Positions 32,049 to 41,686 are shown, counted from the first letter of the stretch. The stretch: DNA of 41,686 nt from an uncultured Schwartzia sp. (GCA_905372875.1 CAJPQU010000001.1:1-41686); one strand, 5' to 3'. The notes: generated from the sequence alone by a model not told the origin. Numbers and translations are program-made.

Positions 32049-33932
32049 TTACCCATGCCCGCGCCGCGCCCGTTCCAGCCAGACCAAGAGAAGGGAAATA
32101 TCGGCCGGAGATACCCCGGAAATGCGTCCCGCCTGGCCCACGGAGCGAGGCCGCAGGGCGGCGAGCTTTTCTCTGGCTTCGTCCCGCAGGCTCGGCACCT
32201 GCCCATAATCCATGTCCTCCGGCAGCAGGCGGTTCTCCAAGCGTTCCTGCCGCCGCACGTCCTCTTGCTGCTTTTCGATGTAGCCGTCGTAGGATGCCGC
32301 GATATCCACTTCCCGGGCCGCTTCTTTGGCAATGGCCGGCAAAGGGAACAAGGCGCAGAGTTTCCCGTAATCGGCGGCGGGGCGGCGCAGCAGGGCAAAG
32401 AGCGACGTCACCACGCGGATCTCGCCGAGGCCCACCGCCTTGAGCTTCTCGTTGATCTCTCGGCTAGGCGTCAGCAGCGTTTCCTTAAGCGCCGCCAGAG
32501 CGGCCCCGATCGCCGTCTTCTTCTTCGTGAACCGCGCCCAGCGTTCCTCCGTCACCAGCCCCACCCGGCGGCCGTGCTCCGTCAAGCGCAGATCTGCATT
32601 ATCCTGGCGCAGGAGCAGGCGATATTCGGCCCGAGACGTCATCATCCGATAGGGCTCCTCCGTTCCCTTCGTCACCAGATCATCGATGAGGACGCCGATG
32701 TAGGCCTCGCTGCGCTTTAGAATCAACGGCTCTTTGCCGGCCAGCTGCAAAGCGGCGTTGATCCCCGCCATGAGGCCCTGCGCCGCCGCCTCTTCGTAGC
32801 CCGAGGTCCCGTTGGCCTGCCCGGCGGAAAAAAAGCCCCGAATCGCTTTAAATTCTAACGACGGCCGAAGCTGCCGGGGATCGATGCAGTCGTACTCGAT
32901 GGCGTACCCAGCCCGCATGATCCGACAATGCGTGAGGCCGGGAATGGTGCGGAGAAAAGCGATCTGCACATCCATGGGCATGCTGGTGGACATGCCCTGC
33001 ACGTAGATTTCCCGCGTATAAAGACCCTCCGGCTCCAAAAAGAGCTGATGCCGCTCCTTATCGGGAAAGCGCAGGATCTTCGTCTCGATGGAGGGACAGT
33101 AGCGCGGGCCCACGCCCTCGATGACGCCGTTGGCCATGGGAGCCCGCTGGATATTCTCCCGTAAAATCCGATGGGTGGTCTCGTTGGTGTAGGCGAGCCA
33201 GCAGGAGACCTGGGGCAGGGTGGGGGACGTTTCGTCGGTCATAAAGGAGAAATGGGGCGCGTCGTCGTCGCCGGGCTGAAGCTCGAACTGGGAAAAATCC
33301 AGAGAACGAGCATCCACCCGGGCCGGGGTACCGGTCTTAAAGCGCATGAGGGCAATGCCCGCCCGGCGAAGAGACTCCGTCAGCTTCATGGCTGGGCGCT
33401 GGCCGTTGGGGCCGCTGTCGTAGACGGTCTCCCCGATGATGATCCGGCCCCGTAGATACGTCCCCGTAGCCAGGATGACCGCTTTTCCCCGGTAGATTTC
33501 TCCCGTTTCCGCCGCCACGCCCTGCACCGCGCCGTCTTCGATGAGAATTTCTTCCACGAGAAGCTGCTTGACGTCCAAATTATCCTGATTTTCGCAGGTC
33601 TCCTTCATGGTAAACTGGTAGAGCTTTTTATCCGCCTGCCCCCGGAGCGCCTGCACCGCCGGACCTTTTCCCGTATTGAGGCGGCGCCGCTGGATGAGGG
33701 CCTTGTCCGCGGCAATTCCCATCTCCCCGCCCAAAGCGTCGATCTCCCGCACCAGATGCCCCTTCGCCGGGCCGCCAAGGGAAGGATTGCAGGGCATGAG
33801 AGCGATGTTGTCCAGGGAAATCGTCGCCAGGAGCGTCTTACAGCCCAGGCGCGCCGCCGCCAGTGCCGCTTCCACCCCGGCGTGCCCCGCGCCGATGACG
33901 ATGACATCGTATGTCCCCGCTTCAAACTGCAC
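32049..33932 (-). CDS. mnmG: tRNA uridine 5-carboxymethylaminomethyl modification enzyme MnmG (GidA)
   Basis: 627 aa. GTG start after AGGAGG. FAD motif VIVIGAGHAGVEAA. GPRYCPSIE and GTSGYEEAAAQG motifs. Confidence 0.96.
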   Translation of the reverse strand: MQFEAGTYDVIVIGAGHAGVEAALAAARLGCKTLLATISLDNIALMPCNPSLGGPAKGHLVREIDALGGEMGIAADKALIQRRRLNTGKGPAVQALRGQADKKLYQFTMKETCENQDNLDVKQLLVEEILIEDGAVQGVAAETGEIYRGKAVILATGTYLRGRIIIGETVYDSGPNGQRPAMKLTESLRRAGIALMRFKTGTPARVDARSLDFSQFELQPGDDDAPHFSFMTDETSPTLPQVSCWLAYTNETTHRILRENIQRAPMANGVIEGVGPRYCPSIETKILRFPDKERHQLFLEPEGLYTREIYVQGMSTSMPMDVQIAFLRTIPGLTHCRIMRAGYAIEYDCIDPRQLRPSLEFKAIRGFFSAGQANGTSGYEEAAAQGLMAGINAALQLAGKEPLILKRSEAYIGVLIDDLVTKGTEEPYRMMTSRAEYRLLLRQDNADLRLTEHGRRVGLVTEERWARFTKKKTAIGAALAALKETLLTPSREINEKLKAVGLGEIRVVTSLFALLRRPAADYGKLCALFPLPAIAKEAAREVDIAASYDGYIEKQQEDVRRQERLENRLLPEDMDYGQVPSLRDEAREKLAALRPRSVGQAGRISGVSPADISLLLVWLERARRGHG

Positions 33933-34004
33933 CCTGCTTCCTCCTCACGTCGTCAAAAAGAACTTTCGCCCGAGACTTTTTCGTGGCCTCAGGCTGACAT
34001 CTTC

Positions 34005-35387
34005 TCACTTACCGATGCAGAAGCGGGAAAAGATTTCATCAATGATATCTTCGCCCACCGTCTCCCCGATGATTTTGCCCAGCGCCGTCCACGCCGCCCG
34101 CAGATCGATGGTGATGAAGTCCTCGCCCAGGCCTTCCTCCATGGTCTCGCAAGCCGCCTGGAGATGGGCCGCCGCTTCCTTGAGATGAGCCGCCTCCCGG
34201 GCCGTGGCCACGAAAGCGCTCTCCTCCTGCGGTCCTCCCGGGCCGTAAACTTTCTCCCGCACCGCTTCCCCCAGCTCTTCCATGCCCGCGCCCGTCTTGA
34301 CGGAAAGGGACAGCACCTGCCGTCCCGGCGCGTGGGCCGAAAGTGCCTGCGGTGTCAAAAGGGGCGGACGGTCCGCCTTTGTCAAAAGCAGCAGGACATC
34401 CTTTTTCCCCTTCAATAAAGCAAAGATCGCCTCATCTTCCGCCGTCAAGGGCACAGCCGAATCAAAGAGCGCCAAAACGAGAGACGCCTGCTCCACGGCC
34501 TGCCTGGCCCGCTGGATTCCGATCTTCTCCACGTCGTCCGCCGCCTCCCGGATCCCGGCGGTATCCACGAGACGCAGGGGAACGCCGCCCACTTCCGCGT
34601 ACTCTTCGATGCTGTCCCGGGTGGTGCCGGGAATATCGGTGACAATGGCCCGTTCCTCCCGCAGGAGCGCGTTCAAGAGGCTGGACTTTCCCACGTTGGG
34701 GCGCCCCACGATGGCGGTGGTGAGACCGTCCCGCAGGATGCGCCCGGCGCTTTCCGTGGCCAGCATTTCCTGGATATCCTCCAAGATCCGCGTCACGTTG
34801 AGATGAACATCCTCCGCCACCACGTCGTCCACATCGTCCTCGGGAAAATCGATGGTCACTTCCAGATGGGCGATGAGTTCCAGAATCATCTGCCGGGCGG
34901 CGCGGATGCGCTCGGAAAAGCGCCCGGAAAGGTGACCCGCCGCCAAGCGCAAGGAAGCCTCCGTCTTGGCCGCGATCACGTCCATCACCGCCTGGGCCTG
35001 TGCCAGATCGAGACGTCCGTTCAAAAAAGCCCGCTTCGTGAATTCCCCCGGCTCCGCCAGCCGGGCGCCGTAAGAAAGGGCCAGCGACAGTGCCCGGCGC
35101 AGGATCACGCTGCCTCCGTGGCACTGGATCTCCGCCACGTCTTCCCGGGTATAGGAATGGGGGGCGCGCATGAGAAGCGCGATGGCCTCATCCACCGGCG
35201 CGTCACCTTCTACGATATTCCCGTAAATCGCCCGATGAGAAGGGGCTTCCGCCAGATTACCGCCGCGCCGGGGCCGAAACATCCGATCCGCCACGGCGAC
35301 CGCCTCCGCCCCGGAAAGGCGCAGAATACCGATGCCGCCTTCCCCTAACGGGGTGGCCACAGCGGCGATGGTCTCTTCTTGTTCCAC
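34005..35387 (-). CDS. mnmE: tRNA modification GTPase MnmE (TrmE)
   Basis: 460 aa. GTG start after GGGAGGTG. G domain GRPNVGKSSL and DTAG. C-terminal FCIGK. Confidence 0.96.
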   Translation of the reverse strand: MEQEETIAAVATPLGEGGIGILRLSGAEAVAVADRMFRPRRGGNLAEAPSHRAIYGNIVEGDAPVDEAIALLMRAPHSYTREDVAEIQCHGGSVILRRALSLALSYGARLAEPGEFTKRAFLNGRLDLAQAQAVMDVIAAKTEASLRLAAGHLSGRFSERIRAARQMILELIAHLEVTIDFPEDDVDDVVAEDVHLNVTRILEDIQEMLATESAGRILRDGLTTAIVGRPNVGKSSLLNALLREERAIVTDIPGTTRDSIEEYAEVGGVPLRLVDTAGIREAADDVEKIGIQRARQAVEQASLVLALFDSAVPLTAEDEAIFALLKGKKDVLLLLTKADRPPLLTPQALSAHAPGRQVLSLSVKTGAGMEELGEAVREKVYGPGGPQEESAFVATAREAAHLKEAAAHLQAACETMEEGLGEDFITIDLRAAWTALGKIIGETVGEDIIDEIFSRFCIGK

Positions 35388-35420
35388 AGCCGGTCACCTC
35401 CCAGCTCTCTCTCTGTGAGT

Positions 35421-35455
35421 AAAAAAGGCCGTCCCAAAAGCTTGAGACGGCCTTT
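35421..35455 (-). terminator. Candidate terminator between jag and mnmE
   Basis: GGCCGTC (35427-35433) pairs with GACGGCC (35446-35452), with a T6 run on the minus strand. Confidence 0.6.
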
Positions 35456-35465
35456 CTCAGTTCTC

Positions 35466-36137
35466 TTACGAAAAACGTTCGCCCGCGCCGCCGCCATTTT
35501 CGCTATGACGGCGGCGCGGCTCGATGACCACCTTGCGAAAAGGTTCATCCCCGGCGCTGTACGTCAGCACGTTATCGTTTTCCTGAAGCGCCAAGTGAAT
35601 GACTTTACGCTCGTGGCGGTTCATGGGTTCCAAGACGACCCGCGTTCCCGTGCGCCGCACCTTTTCCGCCAGCCGCCGGCCTAGACTCTTCAGCGTCTCC
35701 TCCCGCCGGTCGCGGTAATGCTCCACATCCAGGATAAGCCGCAGGCGATCCTCGGCCAACCCCTGGTTGGCCGCTAAATTCACCAAATACTGCAGCGCGT
35801 CTAAGGTCTGTCCATGCTTGCCGATGAGAATCCCTAAATTTTCCCCCTGCAGATTAAAGAGAACAGCGCCCTCGACTTCCCGCCGCTCAATGGTCACCGC
35901 CAGCTGCATGGCCGAAAAGATCCGGCGCAGGAAATCCTCCCCTTTATCCAGGGGCGACATCTCCAAAGCCGTCGCTTTCACCCGGGCCAGACGCCCGCCG
36001 ATGAGGCCTAAAAAACCTTTGGACGGTTCCTCTAAGATTTCAAAGGACGCCCGTTCTTCCGGTACGCCCAGCTCGACCAGCGCAGCCTGACGCGCTTCAT
36101 CGACGGTTCTTCCCGTCTTCTCTACACTCAACGCCAT
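35466..36137 (-). CDS. jag: Jag/KhpB RNA-binding protein (Jag_N, KH, R3H)
   Basis: 223 aa. N-terminal GRTVDEARQAALVELG. KH-like LIGKHGQTLDALQYL. R3H LEPMNRHERKVIHLAL. Confidence 0.9.
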   Translation of the reverse strand: MALSVEKTGRTVDEARQAALVELGVPEERASFEILEEPSKGFLGLIGGRLARVKATALEMSPLDKGEDFLRRIFSAMQLAVTIERREVEGAVLFNLQGENLGILIGKHGQTLDALQYLVNLAANQGLAEDRLRLILDVEHYRDRREETLKSLGRRLAEKVRRTGTRVVLEPMNRHERKVIHLALQENDNVLTYSAGDEPFRKVVIEPRRRHSENGGGAGERFS

Positions 36138-36150
36138 GGGAACGGCCTCC

Positions 36151-36852
36151 TCATTTTTCTTTTTTCTCCTTCTTTTTTCTCTTATCCTCCTTCGGAGGCT
36201 CCGGCCCTTTCTCCTCCCGGAAGATAAACCACTGCTGCGCCACCTGTACCAAATTCATGGTGATCCAGTAAATGACCAGCCCCGACGCGAAATTCATACT
36301 CATCCAGCCGATGACAAGAGGCATGACGTACATCATCATCTTCATCTGCTGATTCGATTCATCCGTCGTCTGCCGGGAAGTGAGATAGGTGGAAAGCGCC
36401 GACAGCACCGGCAGAATATAGTAAGGATCCGCCTCGGAAAGGGAAGGCAGCCAGAGGAAAGCGGGGTTGCCGCCCTCGTAGGTGGCGTCCTTTAAGGCAT
36501 AGAAAATCGCCATCAAAATTGGCATCTGCACCAGCATGGGCAGGCATCCGGCCAAAGGGTTTACGCCCGCTTCCCGGTAAAGTTTCTGCATCTCCTGCTG
36601 TAAGAGCTGGGGATTCGTCTTATACTGCTCCTGAAGGCGCTTCATCTTGGGCTGTAATACCTGCATGGCCTTCATGGACTTGACCTGCTTCACCGTCAGC
36701 GGGTACAAAATCATCTTAATGACCACCGTCATGAGGACGATGGCTGCCCCGTAGCTGGGAACGCCCACCGCGGCCGTCAGCCGGTACATGAATTCCACCA
36801 TGTGCTGTAAAATATGAACTAAGGGTTCAAACAGCGACCACAAAAAATCCAA
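36151..36852 (-). CDS. yidC: Membrane protein insertase YidC/OxaA (short Gram-positive type)
   Basis: 233 aa. MQVLQPKMKRLQEQYK and NPLAGCLPMLVQMPI motifs. Lys-rich C-terminal tail. Confidence 0.93.
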   Translation of the reverse strand: MDFLWSLFEPLVHILQHMVEFMYRLTAAVGVPSYGAAIVLMTVVIKMILYPLTVKQVKSMKAMQVLQPKMKRLQEQYKTNPQLLQQEMQKLYREAGVNPLAGCLPMLVQMPILMAIFYALKDATYEGGNPAFLWLPSLSEADPYYILPVLSALSTYLTSRQTTDESNQQMKMMMYVMPLVIGWMSMNFASGLVIYWITMNLVQVAQQWFIFREEKGPEPPKEDKRKKKEKKEK

Positions 36853-36901
36853 TCCATCACATCCTATTCCCGCTCCCTAAGCCGCAAAAAGTGGCTTCCC
36901 G

Positions 36902-37114
36902 TCAGGGAACCGGGTCATATCCGCCGTCGTGAAAAGGGTGGCAGCGCAAAAGGCGCCGCAGTGTCAGCCAACTTCCTCGTCCGGCTCCATATTTTTCGAT
37001 CGCCAGCCGCGCATACTCCGAACAGGTCGGGTAATAGCGGCAGCAAGGCAGTTTCAGCGGCGACAGAAAGATCTGATAGCTCCTAATGAGAAGCAGAAGC
37101 ATCTTTTTTATCAT
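36902..37114 (-). CDS. yidD: Membrane protein insertion efficiency factor YidD
   Basis: Start at M6 (MIKKML...). CRYYPTCSEYA and CHPFHDGGYDPVP motifs. Overlaps the rnpA 3' end by 32 nt. Confidence 0.88.
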   Translation of the reverse strand: MIKKMLLLLIRSYQIFLSPLKLPCCRYYPTCSEYARLAIEKYGAGRGSWLTLRRLLRCHPFHDGGYDPVP

Positions 37115-37478
37115 ACGCCTTCGCCTCATCTTCCCCGCGAAAGAGGCCGGCCTTCCTACCTAAGGCGAGGAAGGCCGCCTCCATGACAGGCTGCTTGATT
37201 CCGATGGCGGATTTTCGCGCCACCAAAAGGAGATGAACCCCTTCCTTCACGCGCCAGCATTGACGGCGATAACTTTCTCGAAGCAGCCGTTTGAGCCGGT
37301 TGCGCACTACCGCGCCGCCCAATTTCTTCCCGGCGGCAAAACCGGCCTTCGTCTCCGGCCCCATCGCCGGAAAGACGTATAAAACCAAATGGTGATTGGC
37401 CCACGAACGTCCCTTTTGATAGACCCTCTGGAACATCCGGGGGCTTTTCAGAATCCTGCGCTTGGGCAGTTTAGACAT
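37083..37478 (-). CDS. rnpA: Ribonuclease P protein component
   Basis: 131 aa, basic. FQRVYQKG and AVVRNRLKRLLRE motifs. Conserved position after rpmH. Confidence 0.9.
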   Translation of the reverse strand: MSKLPKRRILKSPRMFQRVYQKGRSWANHHLVLYVFPAMGPETKAGFAAGKKLGGAVVRNRLKRLLRESYRRQCWRVKEGVHLLLVARKSAIGIKQPVMEAAFLALGRKAGLFRGEDEAKAYDKKDASASH

Positions 37479-37569
37479 AACGCCCGACCCTCATGCATGC
37501 AACATAAATCATCGCTGCCGAAAAAAGCCCCTTTTTAAAGGCCTCTACAGCTTCAAGCCTCCGCTCGTC

Positions 37570-37704
37570 TTACGCGGACAGCTTCTTTCTCCTTTTTTGA
37601 CGGCGCTTCTTGAGAACCAGACGTCCGCCTTTCGTCTTCATGCGAACCCGAAAACCATGGGTCACCTTGCGCCAATGCGTATTCGGCTGAAATGTGCGCT
37701 TCAT
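37570..37704 (-). CDS. rpmH: 50S ribosomal protein L34
   Basis: The last 44 codons of the ORF read [52 protein letters not shown]. Confidence 0.95.
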   Translation of the reverse strand: MKRTFQPNTHWRKVTHGFRVRMKTKGGRLVLKKRRQKRRKKLSA

Positions 37705-38236
37705 CGCCCTGCCTCCTTTCTTCTGCTCGTGTAAGAAAGCGCTCCTCCGAAGGGCCCCCTCCGGACTATCGTCCGATAAAAAACGAATTTGTCTTTCTCC
37801 GGCGTTTCCTTCCTTTATCCTGCGCAGCAGGCCGGAAAGCCGCATTCAAGATTATAGCCCACCCCCGGCGGAGTGTCAAGGTTTCCGCTCTCGGCCGGTG
37901 GGCCTTCTCATGTTTTCTTTTTCTCTTTCAATACTATATATAGTTTTTCTTTCTTGATCCATCCCCTCATATAGTGTGAGAGAAAAATTTCCCCCGGTCT
38001 CGGTCTTTTAGACAAAATTCTTTATTGCGTCCTGTGGATAAGTTTGATACACTTACGTTAATTCCCTGCGGCCCTCTTTTCCGGCGAAACGGTAAAATGC
38101 AGAAAGCCCTTGATTTTTCAGGATTTTCGTTCCCTTTTTAAGCTGTTTCGCGCCGAATTTTAATAAGTTATACACAATTGTATATAACTCTGTGGATAAG
38201 AGGGCTGGAAGACGGTGTAAGAAAGGATTTTTTCCC
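37705..38236. other. oriC left part (rpmH-dnaA intergenic): DnaA boxes and an AT-rich tract
   Basis: Perfect TGTGGATAA at 38033-38041 and 38191-38199. TTATACACA at 38168-38176. AT-rich tract around 37911-37956. Gene orientation switches here. Confidence 0.6.
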
Positions 38237-39652
38237 ATGGAAGAAAAAGAACTTGAAGAAATCTGGACAAAAATTCTCGTCAATCTGCGGGAGAACATCG
38301 CCGAAAGCGCTTGCGACCGCTGGCTTTCTCCCGTCCAGCCCAAAGCCTTGGACGAAGCGACCTTTTACCTGGAAGCGCCCAATGAATTCGCTAAAAATTA
38401 TATCCAAGACCGCTACATTCCCTTTATTAAAGACGCGGGAAAGGATGTCATCGGCCGCGAGGTGGAAATCCGCCTGACGTCGGCTCAGGGCGGCGGTCTC
38501 TACGATGAGGTACGCACGGAAAAGAACGGGCAGACGGTATTGATGGCAGCAGAACCGATGCCAAAAAATACCGTGACTGCCTCCACGGGCGAAGGGTCCT
38601 TCCTGACGCCCATCGCGCCGGGCGATCATTCTTCCTTAAACGCACACTATACTTTCGATAAGTTCGTCATCGGGAATTCCAACCGCTTCGCCCACGCGGC
38701 GGCCCTGGCTGTTTCCGAATCCCCCGGCGCCGTCTATAATCCTCTCTTTATGTACGGCGGCGTAGGCCTCGGAAAGACGCATCTCATGCACGCCATCGGC
38801 AACCAGATCCTCAAAAACAACCCGAACATGCGCGTGCTCTACATTTCCAGCGAGAAGTTTACCAACGAATTCATCAATTCCATCGTCAAGGGAAACCCGG
38901 AAGCTTTTCGACAGAAATACCGGACCATCGACGTTCTCTTAGTGGACGATATCCAATTTCTCTACAAAAAAGAACAGACCCAGGAAGAGTTTTTCCACAC
39001 CTTCAATGCCCTTTTCGACGCGCGAAAGGCCATCATCCTGTCCAGCGACCGCCATCCCCGCAACATTCAGACCCTGGAGGACCGCCTGCGGTCGCGCTTT
39101 GAATGGGGCCTTATCACCGACGTCCAGGCTCCGGATCTGGAAACGCGCATCGCCATTTTAAAGAAAAAAGCCATCATGGAAGAGCTGGATGTTCCCAACG
39201 ACGTGCTCACCTTCATCGCCAGTCGCATCGACAACAATATCCGGGAATTGGAAGGGGCGCTGACCCGGGTCGTAGCCTACGCCCAGCTGAACGGCCGGCC
39301 CATCACTACCGATTTGGTCAGCGAGGCGATGAAGAACGTCTATCCCACCCAACGTACCACCATCATCACGTTGGAACTCATTCAAAAACTCATCTGTTCC
39401 TACTTCAATATCACCAGCGAGGACATCATGTCCAAAAAACGCACGAAGGAAATCGCCTTCGCCCGGCAGGTAGCCATGTATCTCTGCCGGGAAATGACGG
39501 ACAGCTCTCTCCCGCAAATCGGCGAATATTTCGGCGGCCGCGATCATACGACGGTGCTCCACGCCTATAAGACCATCGAGGAAGCCCAGAAAAACGACCA
39601 AAAGCTCAACGCATCCATTCAGGAACTGATGCAGCGGCTGAGCCACATGTGA
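38237..39652 (+). CDS. dnaA: Chromosomal replication initiator protein DnaA
   Basis: Start at M16 of the ORF (MEEKELEEIW...); the ORF-track start would overlap a perfect DnaA box. Walker A GGVGLGKTHL. Domain IV EIAFARQVAMYLCRE and GGRDHTTVLHA. Confidence 0.96.
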   Translation: MEEKELEEIWTKILVNLRENIAESACDRWLSPVQPKALDEATFYLEAPNEFAKNYIQDRYIPFIKDAGKDVIGREVEIRLTSAQGGGLYDEVRTEKNGQTVLMAAEPMPKNTVTASTGEGSFLTPIAPGDHSSLNAHYTFDKFVIGNSNRFAHAAALAVSESPGAVYNPLFMYGGVGLGKTHLMHAIGNQILKNNPNMRVLYISSEKFTNEFINSIVKGNPEAFRQKYRTIDVLLVDDIQFLYKKEQTQEEFFHTFNALFDARKAIILSSDRHPRNIQTLEDRLRSRFEWGLITDVQAPDLETRIAILKKKAIMEELDVPNDVLTFIASRIDNNIRELEGALTRVVAYAQLNGRPITTDLVSEAMKNVYPTQRTTIITLELIQKLICSYFNITSEDIMSKKRTKEIAFARQVAMYLCREMTDSSLPQIGEYFGGRDHTTVLHAYKTIEEAQKNDQKLNASIQELMQRLSHM

Positions 39653-39947
39653 CCGTTTTCCTTGTGGATACAAGAGCGCATATCCTGTCGATGACCTGTG
39701 CATAAAAAAAAGAAAGGGTTGTCCCTGTGGATCATGTGGATAACCCTTTTCTCTTTATCAACAGGTTATCCAACCCCTTCCTCCTGATGTTACGGCGGCG
39801 TATTCCTCTTTTCCACATTTTCACAGAGCATACGACTACGACTACGATCTTTTATTCTATACGATGTCTTAATAAAAAGTCGGGGATAACTTCTTTCTCC
39901 CCGCTTTTTCTCCATTCTATTTTCCATTCATGAAAGAGGGGTCCTTT
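39653..39947. other. oriC right part (dnaA-dnaN intergenic): DnaA boxes, candidate DnaA-trios and DUE
   Basis: TGTGGATAC 39663, abutting TGTGGATCA 39726 and TGTGGATAA 39735, TTATCCAAC 39776, TTTTCCACA 39809. Then (TACGAC)x2-TACGAT at 39831-39848 and AT-rich sequence at 39849-39880. Confidence 0.7.
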
Positions 39948-41075
39948 ATGAAAATCAACTGCTTGAAATCCGATCTTGTCCAAGCGCTTCACGTGGTGAG
40001 CCGGGCTGTGGCCAGCAAACCTCAGACGCCCATCCTCTCCGGCATCCATCTTAAAGCGGAGAAGGATAACGTGGAGCTTCAGGCGACGGATTACTCGCTG
40101 AGCGTTCTCTGCCGGGTACAGGCCGAGGTGGAGGAAGCCGGAACCATCATCGTCTCGGGACGCTATCTGCAGGAAGTAACGCGCAACCTCCCGTCGGACG
40201 AAGTGATCATCGAAACGGACGCCGAGGAAAAGCAGGTATTTATCCGCTCCGGTTCCGCGCATTTTCAGCTTTTGGTGATGAACCGGCAAAGCGGCGAAGA
40301 ATTTCCCACCCTTCGTCCTCTGGAGGGAAAAGTCACTTTCACCATCAGCGACGTCCTCTTGAAACAACTCATCCGTAAGACGGCTTTTTCCTGCGCCGGG
40401 GAGGAGGGCCGGCCGGTCTTTACCGGCTGTATGCTGGAACTCGGCGACGACAGCGTGAAGATGGTGGCCACCAATACTCACCGTCTGTCCTTTATGGAAA
40501 CGTCCCTGGAAGGCGTTCACGGGGAAGGACGGCAGTTCATCATCCCGGCCAAGGTCCTGGAGGAGCTGCGTCAAACGCTGACCTCCGAAATTCCGGAAGA
40601 TGTTACCATCGCCTGCACTTACAGCGAGATCAGTTTTGCGTTTGAGAATATTTATCTGAAATCGCGGCTTATCGAAGGGCAGTTCCCGGACTACCGCCGG
40701 GTCATCCCCACGGAATTTTCCACTCGGGTGACGCTTTCCACGGCGGATTTTCTGGCCGCCGTCAACCGCGTGTCCCTCATCGCCCGCGCTTCTGATTACA
40801 ATGTCATCAAGCTGAATTTCAGCGGCGGGCAGGTACACATGATCTCCAATAATCCGGAAATCGGACAGGCGGAGGAGCGAGTGGCCGCCACCATCGACGG
40901 GCCGGACGTGGCCATCGCCTTTAACGCCGCCTACATCACGGACGTCCTCAAGAACATCGACACGAAGGATTTCTACTTCTCTTTAAGCGAACCCCTGAAG
41001 CCTGCCGCCATTCGCGAGACGGAAAATGAAGAATTTATTTACATCATTACGCCGGTGCGGACGCAGCACGGATGA
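39948..41075 (+). CDS. dnaN: DNA polymerase III beta sliding clamp
   Basis: Start at M7 (MKINCLKSDL...) after AGAGGGG. Three-domain length of 375 aa. Typical N-terminal L..AL..V.R.V and the LKPAAIRE region. Confidence 0.95.
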   Translation: MKINCLKSDLVQALHVVSRAVASKPQTPILSGIHLKAEKDNVELQATDYSLSVLCRVQAEVEEAGTIIVSGRYLQEVTRNLPSDEVIIETDAEEKQVFIRSGSAHFQLLVMNRQSGEEFPTLRPLEGKVTFTISDVLLKQLIRKTAFSCAGEEGRPVFTGCMLELGDDSVKMVATNTHRLSFMETSLEGVHGEGRQFIIPAKVLEELRQTLTSEIPEDVTIACTYSEISFAFENIYLKSRLIEGQFPDYRRVIPTEFSTRVTLSTADFLAAVNRVSLIARASDYNVIKLNFSGGQVHMISNNPEIGQAEERVAATIDGPDVAIAFNAAYITDVLKNIDTKDFYFSLSEPLKPAAIRETENEEFIYIITPVRTQHG

Positions 41076-41129
41076 CGGCGGCGTCTTGGCTCCCGTGCCG
41101 GGCCGGGGGAAGAATTGAGGGGAAATCCT

Positions 41130-41357
41130 ATGACCGAGGTAATCATTCGCACCGCTGACATCCAGCTGGATCAGTTCTTAAAATTGGCCGGGGCAGTGGC
41201 TACGGGTGGTGAGGTGAAGCATCTCATCGAAGAGGGCCGCCTGCGGGTCAATGATCGCGTGGAAACGGCCCGTCGCCGTAAACTTCGTATCGGAGATCGA
41301 GTGACTCTTGATGACGGGGCTGAGGGCAAAGTGTATCAGGTGGCCGGGAAGGGATGA
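41130..41357 (+). CDS. yaaA: S4-domain RNA-binding protein YaaA
   Basis: Start at M6 (MTEVIIRT...). IQLDQFLKLAG..ATGGEVKHLI..G.LRVN matches the small S4 protein found between dnaN and recF in Firmicutes. Confidence 0.85.
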   Translation: MTEVIIRTADIQLDQFLKLAGAVATGGEVKHLIEEGRLRVNDRVETARRRKLRIGDRVTLDDGAEGKVYQVAGKG

Positions 41358-41361
41358 AGTA

Positions 41362-41686
41362 TGCGGGTACGTACCGTTACGCTGGCCAATTATCGAAACT
41401 ATGAGCAGCAGAGCATCGAGGCATCTCCCTCGGTAAATATTTTTTTAGGACGCAATGCGCAAGGGAAAACGAATATCCTGGAGGGGATATGGTACGCAGC
41501 CTTGGGACGATCTCACCGCGCCCGCACCGATGCCGAACTGATCCGCTGGAACGAAGCGGCGGGGCGGCTCTCGTTGGAGACAGAGCGCCGAGGTGTGAAA
41601 TACGCTTTGGAATTTCGTTTTTTTCGGAACCGCCGCCGACAGATTTTCCTCGGCGGGCAGCCCATTCCCACCCGGGATCTCATCGG
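41362..41686 (+). CDS. recF: DNA replication and repair protein RecF (5' part, runs off the window)
   Basis: My own translation from ATG 41362: MRVRTVTLANYRNYEQQ...FLGRNAQGKTNILEGI (Walker A GxxxxGKT). Open to the window end. Not in the ORF track because no stop is reached. Confidence 0.9.

Noticed and set aside
38192-38236. The longer dnaA ORF starting at 38192 (MDKRAGRRCKKGFFP...).
   Set aside because: That ATG sits inside a perfect DnaA box (38191-38199). The extra 15 residues are not DnaA-like, and canonical DnaA N-termini resemble the MEEKELEEIW start at 38237.

Overview
This window is the origin-proximal part of a GC-rich, Firmicutes-type chromosome. The right half carries the conserved oriC neighbourhood. 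On the minus strand this runs parA-parB-DUF4446-SprT-like, then rsmG, mnmG, mnmE, jag, yidC, yidD, rnpA and rpmH. Orientation switches at dnaA, followed by dnaN, yaaA and recF on the plus strand. DnaA boxes lie on both sides of dnaA.

The left half is housekeeping and accessory: a GH3 NagZ-like lipoprotein, an EF-G paralogue, tRNA-Gln, cysK, a trkA-trkH-trkH potassium uptake operon, a DUF4198 metal-uptake-like operon and a csoR/HMA/copA copper operon. There are two type II toxin-antitoxin cassettes (HigBA-like and DinJ/YafQ-like), a split B12-dependent methionine synthase and a short AICAR-formyltransferase-type purH.

I found no rRNA, CRISPR array, IS element or integrase.

- **parS array (strongest signal):** 11 intact parS sites plus one relic lie within 2.4 kb immediately upstream of parAB. 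Nine of them sit in a 1.25 kb non-coding stretch. Internal segmental duplications are visible, and the split metH genes sit inside the array.
- **Other points worth a second look:**
  - A 105-bp tandem repeat carrying promoter-like and helically phased motifs.
  - An ectopic three-box DnaA-box cluster about 8 kb from dnaA.
  - A frame-broken junction between a CXXC membrane protein gene and a nitrogenase-like gene.
  - A toxin-antitoxin cassette bracketed by paralogous hairpins.
  - A (TACGAC)x3 candidate DnaA-trio next to an AT-rich unwinding region.

All functional calls come from reading motifs by eye. No database search was run.
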